A stretch of DNA of 34,283 bases from Candidatus Zixiibacteriota bacterium (GTDB taxonomy: Bacteria > Zixibacteria > MSB-5A5 > GN15 > JAAZOE01), in the NCBI GenBank assembly GCA_043819555.1, contig JBDREQ010000068.1:1-34283 (forward strand), written 5' to 3'. The notes under the pieces are model-generated. The model was not told the DNA's origin and did not search any database. It saw only the letters and a program-made list of their open reading frames with translations. Each line of letters opens with the position of its first letter. Position 1 is the stretch's first letter. The position numbers and the translations under genes are program-made. Positions 28,119-34,283 of the stretch are shown in pieces.

Positions 28119-28148
28119 TGTAGCGACAACCCCAGGGTTGTCGCTACA
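28119..28148. repeat. GTAG-type REP-like palindrome
   Basis: TGTAGCGACAACCC-CA-GGGTTGTCGCTACA, with 14-bp perfect arms. Confidence 0.7.
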
Positions 28149-28168
28149 TGCATGATATAATACTTAAC

Positions 28169-28948
28169 CTACTTATGCTCAAACTTCGGGGGGCGCTTTT
28201 CGGTGAAGGCTTTGAGGCCTTCGGTTGAATCGCTATAACCATAAGTAACGCCAAAAGCGCCGCGTTCGAGACTACATCCGGCCGATAGATTAACGCTCAT
28301 ACCGCGATTGATGGCGTCTTTGGCCAGCTTCATAACCGGACCGCTCTTGGATGCTATGTTCCTGGCGATAGCCATGGCTCTGTCCATCAGTTCGTCAGGC
28401 GCGCACAGCTCGTCAACCAAACCGATACGATAGGCCTCTGCGGCGTTTATCATATCACCGGTATAGATTAGTTTTTTGGCCATGCCGATACCGACCAAAC
28501 GCGGGAGGCGCTGGGTTCCGCCGTATCCGGGAATAATCCCGAGGTTGATCTCGGGCTGGCCTATCTTGGCCTTTTCCGAAGCGATGCGGATATCGCAGGC
28601 CATCGCCAGCTCACACCCTCCACCGAGAGCAAAACCATTAACGGCGGCAATCACCGGGGTCGGGAAATTTTCAATCGTTTTCATCAAATAATGACCGATC
28701 CCGGATGTATTGGCGGCTGTGGCAGCATTGAGTTCGGATAGTTCGGCAATATCGGCCCCGGCAACAAAGGCTTTACCGGCGCCGGTAAGTACTACGCATC
28801 GGAAATCATGCTCAATCCAGTTTTTGGAAAAGAAATCGTGCAATTCGGCAATCAGTTCATAATTGAGCGCATTAAGCGCTTTCTTGCGATTCAAGGTCAC
28901 GACCGCAACGTCGTCCTTTATCTCGACGATGATATTTTTATAATCCAT
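28169..28948 (-). CDS. Enoyl-CoA hydratase (crotonase family)
   Basis: [36 protein letters not shown] and [24 protein letters not shown] (both catalytic Glu). Start at ATG 28948 behind GAGGA. Confidence 0.93.
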   Translation of the reverse strand: MDYKNIIVEIKDDVAVVTLNRKKALNALNYELIAELHDFFSKNWIEHDFRCVVLTGAGKAFVAGADIAELSELNAATAANTSGIGHYLMKTIENFPTPVIAAVNGFALGGGCELAMACDIRIASEKAKIGQPEINLGIIPGYGGTQRLPRLVGIGMAKKLIYTGDMINAAEAYRIGLVDELCAPDELMDRAMAIARNIASKSGPVMKLAKDAINRGMSVNLSAGCSLERGAFGVTYGYSDSTEGLKAFTEKRPPKFEHK

Positions 28949-29068
28949 GATAATCCTCACTTAGATATTAAAAGTCCCACAATTTTCCTGTACAATGGAA
29001 TCAAATAGCAATCATGACAAGTTAATCTATTTTTGTCTTAAGTCAAGAAAGACTGCGACAATTATCAT

Positions 29069-29896
29069 TTATCGCGATATTCTCTGGCATGATGGGCAGA
29101 AATGAGCCGAACGGCCTCCGATTTTCTCGCGCCTGATTTTGCGGCCGCACTTAAAGCAGGATTTATCCTCCCGACCATAGGCTCGAAGATACTTCTGGTA
29201 GCGTCCGGGTTGACCATTAACACCGGTAAATGTATCGACTGAAGTCCCCATTAGTTTGATCGCACGCTTAAGTACCGATTGAATATGGCCGTGCAGTTCA
29301 ATCAGTTTCTTTTTTGAAAGCGAATTGGTTAGCCTCTGCGGATGAATGCGCGCCAGATACAGCGATTCGTCGGCGTAGATGTTGCCGATACCGGCAATAA
29401 AAGTCTGGTCCAGAAGAGCCGGTTTAATCATCCTGCTTCGGGATTCACACATCAATATAAAATCATCACCAGATAAATCCAGTGGTTCCGGACCGAGATT
29501 GGCCATTCCCGGTTGATTAAATATCTCATCGGTCGGAAATAATTTCAAATATCCAAAACGGCGATAATCGTTGAATTTTAGATTGTAATTATTGTTGGTG
29601 AAGTCAAAAACAACATGATCGTGTTTTCCGATAGGATTAGAAACGGGCAGATAATAAAAATGTCCTGTCATTTTTAGATGCACCCAAAGTGTATAATCAT
29701 TCGACAGATTTATCAGGATATTTTTGGCTCGGCGATTTATTGATATTATTTTGGAACCGGAAAGAATTAATTTGAATTTTCTATTTTCGGGATAAATTTT
29801 GGCAGTGTTTTTTATTGTAATCTTCGAAATTCGTTGTCCGACGATGGTTTTTGTCAGTCCTCGAACAACTGTTTCTACTTCAGGAAGTTCCGGCAT
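29069..29896 (-). CDS. mutM: Formamidopyrimidine-DNA glycosylase/AP lyase
   Basis: MPELPEVET, HLKMTG, D.RRFG, LLDQ..IAGIGNIYADE and C-terminal zinc finger CFKC...CPSCQ. Confidence 0.96.
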   Translation of the reverse strand: MPELPEVETVVRGLTKTIVGQRISKITIKNTAKIYPENRKFKLILSGSKIISINRRAKNILINLSNDYTLWVHLKMTGHFYYLPVSNPIGKHDHVVFDFTNNNYNLKFNDYRRFGYLKLFPTDEIFNQPGMANLGPEPLDLSGDDFILMCESRSRMIKPALLDQTFIAGIGNIYADESLYLARIHPQRLTNSLSKKKLIELHGHIQSVLKRAIKLMGTSVDTFTGVNGQPGRYQKYLRAYGREDKSCFKCGRKIRREKIGGRSAHFCPSCQRISR

Positions 29897-29908
29897 TTAA
29901 TAATTTAC

Positions 29909-30280
29909 TTATTGCGATTTTTTCTTCTGATAATCCTCGATGGCCGCCTTCAGGGCATCCATGGCCAGGTTGCTGCAATGCATTTTGATCGGCGGCAGTC
30001 CGCCAAGCCCTTCGGCGACATCGTTGCGCGTAAAACTCAGGACGTCGTCGATATTCTTACCCTTCACAAGTTCGGTCGTAAACGAACTGGAGGCAATTGC
30101 CGCCCCGCATCCAAAAGTTTTGAATTTGACATCTACAAGAACATCGTTCTCGACTTTGATATATATAGTCATTATATCCCCGCAGGTCGGATTGCCGACG
30201 GTTCCGATACCGTCGGGATTTTCGATTTCACCGGCGTTGCGAGGATTTTGAAAATGGTCCATTACTTTATCAGTGTACAT
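29909..30280 (-). CDS. iscU: Fe-S cluster scaffold protein (IscU/NifU N-terminal type)
   Basis: DHFQNPRNAG, GNPTCGD, FGCGAAIAS and LPPIKMHCS. Confidence 0.92.
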   Translation of the reverse strand: MYTDKVMDHFQNPRNAGEIENPDGIGTVGNPTCGDIMTIYIKVENDVLVDVKFKTFGCGAAIASSSFTTELVKGKNIDDVLSFTRNDVAEGLGGLPPIKMHCSNLAMDALKAAIEDYQKKKSQ

Positions 30281-30466
30281 ATCATCTCCGGTTGCGCTAA
30301 TCTAAGGATATCTACGCTACTATTACAATACGGGCCAAATTAGTATATCTAATATAATTCCAGCCTAAATCATCCTCTTCTTTTTGTTCGGCAAATATAC
30401 GCATTTTTCTTGGAATTGCAATACTTTAAGAACTTAAAATAGTCATATTAAGACCTTTCTGTATCC

Positions 30467-30497
30467 AAAAAAAACGGCGAACCAAAAGGTTCGCCGT
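30467..30497 (-). terminator. Intrinsic terminator of the NfeD-SPFH operon
   Basis: Minus strand CGGCGAACC-TTTT-GGTTCGCCG followed by T8. Confidence 0.8.
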
Positions 30498-30523
30498 CGG
30501 TCTCATTAATTGAAAGGTTTGAG

Positions 30524-31474
30524 TTAGGCTTGACCTGAATTTCCCACAGCCGGAGCGCTGCCTTTGTTGCCTTTTCCGGTAATGGTTTCAAAAGCGGCGC
30601 CCAAAGCTCCCAGTACCCCTGAGGCTTCGATTGGCAGAAATATTTTGGAGGCCTGGCCATCGGCGATCCTGGCCAGAGCTTCGAGATACTTAATCGTTAC
30701 GACATCTTCGGTCGCCTTGCCATCGTGAATTGAGCTAAAAACGGTAACGATGGCCTGTCCTTCGCCTTCGGCAAGAGCGATTTGCTTATATTTATTAGCG
30801 TCAGCGACACGCTTGATAGCTTCTGCCTGACCTTCGGCCTCTAGAATCGCGGCCTGCTTTTCACCTTCGGCCCGAAGAATCTGAGCCTGCTTGGTTCCTT
30901 CGGCATCGAGAATTGCGGCCCTTTTGAGACGTTCCGCCTTCATCTGCCGACTCATCGCCTCAGTTATATCCACCGGCGGATCAATGCGTTGGAGTTCGAC
31001 CCGATTGACGCGCGCACCCCACTTATCGGTGGCATTATCGAGAACATCCCGAAGTTGTCCGTTTATGACATCACGGGACGTCAATGACTGGTCAAGTTCC
31101 ATTTCGCCGATGATATTACGAAGGTTAGTTTGCGCCAGCTTGGTAGCTGCCCGGATATAATTTCCAATCTCATAGCGAGATCTTACCGGATCGGTAACCT
31201 GGGCAAAAATAACCGCGTCCACTTCGACCCCGACGTTATCTTTGGTAATCACCATCTGGGAAGGCACATCAAGAACGACTTCCCTCATATCGACCTTGAT
31301 GACTGTATCGAAAAACGGAATTATTATATTCAGACCCGAATCAAGCGTTTTTTGATATTTACCAAGCCGTTCCACTAATCCCTTTTCAAACGGTCTGATA
31401 ATCCGAAACGACATCCCGATCAGGATAAAGGCAAAGACAACCAGTACCCCGACAAATATGATTGCTCCTGACAT
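30524..31474 (-). CDS. SPFH/band 7 (stomatin-like, QmcA-type) membrane protein
   Basis: N-terminal TM, VERLGKY, VITKDNV, AQTNLRNIIGEMELD..LTSRD and AMSRQMKAER...AEG repeats. Confidence 0.92.
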   Translation of the reverse strand: MSGAIIFVGVLVVFAFILIGMSFRIIRPFEKGLVERLGKYQKTLDSGLNIIIPFFDTVIKVDMREVVLDVPSQMVITKDNVGVEVDAVIFAQVTDPVRSRYEIGNYIRAATKLAQTNLRNIIGEMELDQSLTSRDVINGQLRDVLDNATDKWGARVNRVELQRIDPPVDITEAMSRQMKAERLKRAAILDAEGTKQAQILRAEGEKQAAILEAEGQAEAIKRVADANKYKQIALAEGEGQAIVTVFSSIHDGKATEDVVTIKYLEALARIADGQASKIFLPIEASGVLGALGAAFETITGKGNKGSAPAVGNSGQA

Positions 31475-31495
31475 GATTTCCTCCTTATTTATAAA

Positions 31496-31918
31496 TTAGT
31501 CAATTTCTTCAACGTTCAATTTGGCGCCTTCGTAGGAAATGACTTTCACTCTGGCATCGCCCGGGATAGTCTTTTCAGCTCTGGCCTGCCAGATTTGTCC
31601 TTCAATAAGCACCTGCCCGGCAATGTCGGAAACCTCTTTTTTGACAATCGCCGCCTTGCCGACAAACCCATCCATATTGCTTTTAACCGGCGATTCCTTG
31701 GTGATTTTGTTGGCAAGTGGCGGGGTAAGAGGCAATAATATCAGCGATACAATCGCGAAAACCGCGCCTTGGATTACGTATGAATCGGTAAATAAGGCCG
31801 TAATCCCTCCCGCAATCGCTCCGACAACAAAACATGCAAATATAAAGCTCGGTGCGAATATTTCGAAGATTATGAAAACCAGCGCCGCCGCCAACCATAC
31901 CCACATTACTCTATCCAT
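31496..31918 (-). CDS. NfeD family membrane protein (short, YbbJ-type)
   Basis: TM helices with W...EI..P, then OB-fold motif VGK.A.V...GQVLIEGQIWQAR. Canonical partner upstream of SPFH. Start at ATG 31918 behind GGAGG. Confidence 0.88.
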   Translation of the reverse strand: MDRVMWVWLAAALVFIIFEIFAPSFIFACFVVGAIAGGITALFTDSYVIQGAVFAIVSLILLPLTPPLANKITKESPVKSNMDGFVGKAAIVKKEVSDIAGQVLIEGQIWQARAEKTIPGDARVKVISYEGAKLNVEEID

Positions 31919-32145
31919 ATAAACCTCCCGCATCAGGAATGAGCCTTTTTTACTCATGCCAATAGATCTTATTTGTGTTTTGTGTCAATCAATATACCGG
32001 CTGTGACTGATATTATTCAATTAAAAACGGGCGATTTACTGCCTTGTGTATGATGTCGTTTTTGTCATTTTTCTATCGTTTATCTCATCATCTTGTTGTA
32101 TAATTGCTTAAATACAGGGCAAATAAACAAAGGCATGGGAATTAA

Positions 32146-33909
32146 ATGAGCGGATTATTAGATAGATTGAGGGACTCAAAGGAGTCAGTCGAAAAGCTGG
32201 CTTTGGTCGCCGAAGCGGCCCATATGCTCAACTCGACGATTGAATATGAGGATGTTCTCAAGTCGGTGCTGCAGCTTCTGACCAAGGCGGTCAACGCCGA
32301 AGGAGCAATGGTGTATCGCTATGACGCGGTAAGTGATGATTTGAGAGGCCGTTTTTTTTATGGCGATACCGAACCGCAACGGATGAATTTTATGATGGGA
32401 CAGGGATTCGTCGGATGGGTAGCGCAAAATGGCAAACCGGCCATATCCAATTGTCCGCTTGATGATGAACGGTATCATCCGGCGTTCACCAAAGATGAAG
32501 ATTTTGATCTAAAATCAATTATTTGCTACCCTCTAACTTTACGTGGTGATTTTTTTGGAGTTATCGAAGCGATTAATGCTCGCGACGGTAAGTTCGAACA
32601 ATCGGATTTGGATACGCTGGAAATACTATCCGACCAAATCGCTCTGGCGATTAATAATGCCCAGTTGTATCGCTCCGCCGTCCGAAAAGCCCTTGAGAAA
32701 AAAACACTATTTGACGTCAGCCGCCTGTTGATGACGTCGCTGAACCTTGATGAAGTGCTCCATAATATTTTAATCGCCTTGAAAAATGTCATCGAATATC
32801 ATTCCGGTGGAGTTTATTTAATCAAGGAAGAATCCCAGGATGTCGAATCGATATCTTCTATCGGCTACGATGATGTTATCACTGCCGATTTGCACTTGAA
32901 ACTGGGGCAGGGTATCGTCGGCAATGTCGCCAAAAGCGGACAGCCCGAAATCATATCGGATGTTTCCAAAGACATCCGGTATATTAACGCCCGTCCTGAA
33001 ACAAAATCCGAAATAGTTATGCCAATCAAATTGGAACACAAACTCGTGGGAGTTTTAAATCTCGAGCATAACAATCATGATGCCTTTTCTGAAGAAGATA
33101 AAGAAATCCTGACAATGTTTGCAACTCAGGCCGCAATATCGATCGAACGGGCTCGCCTCCATAAATATATGCTCGACCAGAAAAAAATCGAAGAGCAGTT
33201 ACATATTGCCCGGACGATTCAAGAAACTTTTCTGCCCGATGAAGTACCCGTGATTGACGGGTACGATTTGTGGGGAGCCAATATTCCCTCGGGCGAAGTC
33301 GGCGGCGACTATTATGATTTTATCAATATCGTGCAGAATCAGTTTGGCATCTCGATCGCGGATGTATCCGGCAAAGGCATCCCGGCCGCTCTTATTATGG
33401 CTTCGTTCCGGGCGTCGCTGATTGCAGAGATAAGAAACAATTATGCTATCCGTACCATCTGCCGTAAAGTCAACAATCTTCTCTGTGAATCTCTCGAATC
33501 GGAAAATTTCGTGACCGCCATCTATGGCGTTTTGGATTCCAAAAACTCTATCTTTACCTTTTCCAACTGCGGGCATAATCCGGGTTTGCTGGTCAGGATG
33601 GACAATTCGGTCGAGGAGCTTATCGAAGGAGGCCTCATTCTCGGCGTCCGTCCCGATGTCCAATATGAGGAACGTCCGATTTATATCAACTCCGGTGACA
33701 TCCTCTGTCTCTTTACCGACGGCATTACTGAAGCGGAAAACAACAAAGGCGAGCAGTTTGAAACCGAGCGGATGATTGAGATTATAAAAAAGCACAGGAA
33801 ACTATCGGCATCAGAGATCGGTCATAAGATGCTCTCGGCCGTCCATGGCTTCGCCAGTCCCGAGTTTGTGATGGATGATCTGACGGTGATATTGCTTAAG
33901 AGATCGTAA
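32146..33909 (+). CDS. GAF-GAF-SpoIIE (RsbU-like PP2C) phosphatase
   Basis: Two GAF domains (GQGFVGWVA..F..D...A.AI.NAQLY; GQGIVGNVA..FSEED), then EVGGDYYD, IADVSGKG.PAAL, NCGHNP, LFTDGITEA and DDLT. Confidence 0.92.
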   Translation: MSGLLDRLRDSKESVEKLALVAEAAHMLNSTIEYEDVLKSVLQLLTKAVNAEGAMVYRYDAVSDDLRGRFFYGDTEPQRMNFMMGQGFVGWVAQNGKPAISNCPLDDERYHPAFTKDEDFDLKSIICYPLTLRGDFFGVIEAINARDGKFEQSDLDTLEILSDQIALAINNAQLYRSAVRKALEKKTLFDVSRLLMTSLNLDEVLHNILIALKNVIEYHSGGVYLIKEESQDVESISSIGYDDVITADLHLKLGQGIVGNVAKSGQPEIISDVSKDIRYINARPETKSEIVMPIKLEHKLVGVLNLEHNNHDAFSEEDKEILTMFATQAAISIERARLHKYMLDQKKIEEQLHIARTIQETFLPDEVPVIDGYDLWGANIPSGEVGGDYYDFINIVQNQFGISIADVSGKGIPAALIMASFRASLIAEIRNNYAIRTICRKVNNLLCESLESENFVTAIYGVLDSKNSIFTFSNCGHNPGLLVRMDNSVEELIEGGLILGVRPDVQYEERPIYINSGDILCLFTDGITEAENNKGEQFETERMIEIIKKHRKLSASEIGHKMLSAVHGFASPEFVMDDLTVILLKRS

Positions 33910-33941
33910 ACGAGAGTCAAATCCGCAGTAGATAAACCAAA

Positions 33942-34058
33942 ATACCCCACCCAATGGTTAGGATACAAATTTAGTACTCACTCTTCAAAACTTCCTCCGA
34001 ATATCTTCGCTTCATTGACTCCCCCAAATTTGTCGAAACCACAGAGGATTTGACCTAC
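33942..34058. repeat. Degenerate REP-like palindromes (33942..33966 and 34031..34058)
   Basis: The minus strand of the second reads GTAGGTCAAATCCTCTGTGGTTTCGACA. Both have similar copies at 26411..26466. Confidence 0.5.
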
Positions 34059-34069
34059 GGCTAATATGT

Positions 34070-34118
34070 TGTCATTCCCGAGAGCGTTGCCCGAAGGGCG
34101 AAGCGAGTCGGGAATCCA
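34070..34118 (+). repeat. REP-like palindromic repeat, GTCATTCCCG...CGGGAATCCA family
   Basis: Inverted near-copy of 214..265. Followed at 34137 by CTGGATAC, the apparent start of a partner arm cut by the IS. Confidence 0.8.
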
Positions 34119-34144
34119 GTCAGCGTCTGATAAATTCTGGATAC

Positions 34145-34283
34145 CCTAAGTTCACAAACGAAGTGCAACACCTCGTAGAGGTGTTATGGGACATAGATAC
34201 AAACAATTTAACCTTGAAGAGCGGTGTGAGATTTCCAGATTATCAGCCTCGGGCTGCTCGATCAGGCAAATCGCATCAACTCT
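34145..34283 (+). mobile_element. IS30-family insertion sequence, left end (IRL plus transposase 5' end), truncated by window edge
   Basis: Identical to 1..137 in reverse complement, and identity stops abruptly at CCTAAG. ATG 34186 gives MGHRYKQFNLEERCEISRLSASGCSIRQIAST. Confidence 0.85.

Noticed and set aside
32130..32147. Second sigma54 promoter (AGGCATGGGAATTAAA) before the phosphatase
   Set aside because: It lacks the -12 GC and overlaps the ribosome-binding region.

Overview
Bacterial chromosomal contig, probably from candidate phylum Zixibacteria (inferred from the GDANxDxxxNVGDAVFLIN..FKGGP dockerin style and the kinase-TolB_N-TPR and LVIVD gene families; not verified by search). Both ends terminate in the same 137-bp left end of an IS30-family element, in inverted orientation, and each copy abuts an ATTCCCG-type palindromic repeat. 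The left third is a minus-strand 11-gene complex I operon (nuoABCDHIJKLMN, no nuoEFG) followed by DUF502 and a PTS EIIA-CBS fusion. NuoL carries a 26-residue tandem duplication in its lateral helix although only one nuoM is present. The middle holds secreted proteins (dockerin protein, beta-barrel protein with a structured leader and uORF, DxxGxDxY-repeat protein), ridA, an HD-GYP protein, an unknown gene with a sigma54-type promoter, and two adjacent disrupted genes (LVIVD-dockerin and Ser/Thr kinase-TPR). The right third has acyl-CoA dehydrogenase, a REP-flanked AT-rich two-gene islet, enoyl-CoA hydratase, mutM, iscU, an SPFH/NfeD pair and a GAF-GAF-SpoIIE phosphatase. No rRNA, tRNA or CRISPR array was seen. 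All calls rest on motifs read by eye; no database searches were run.
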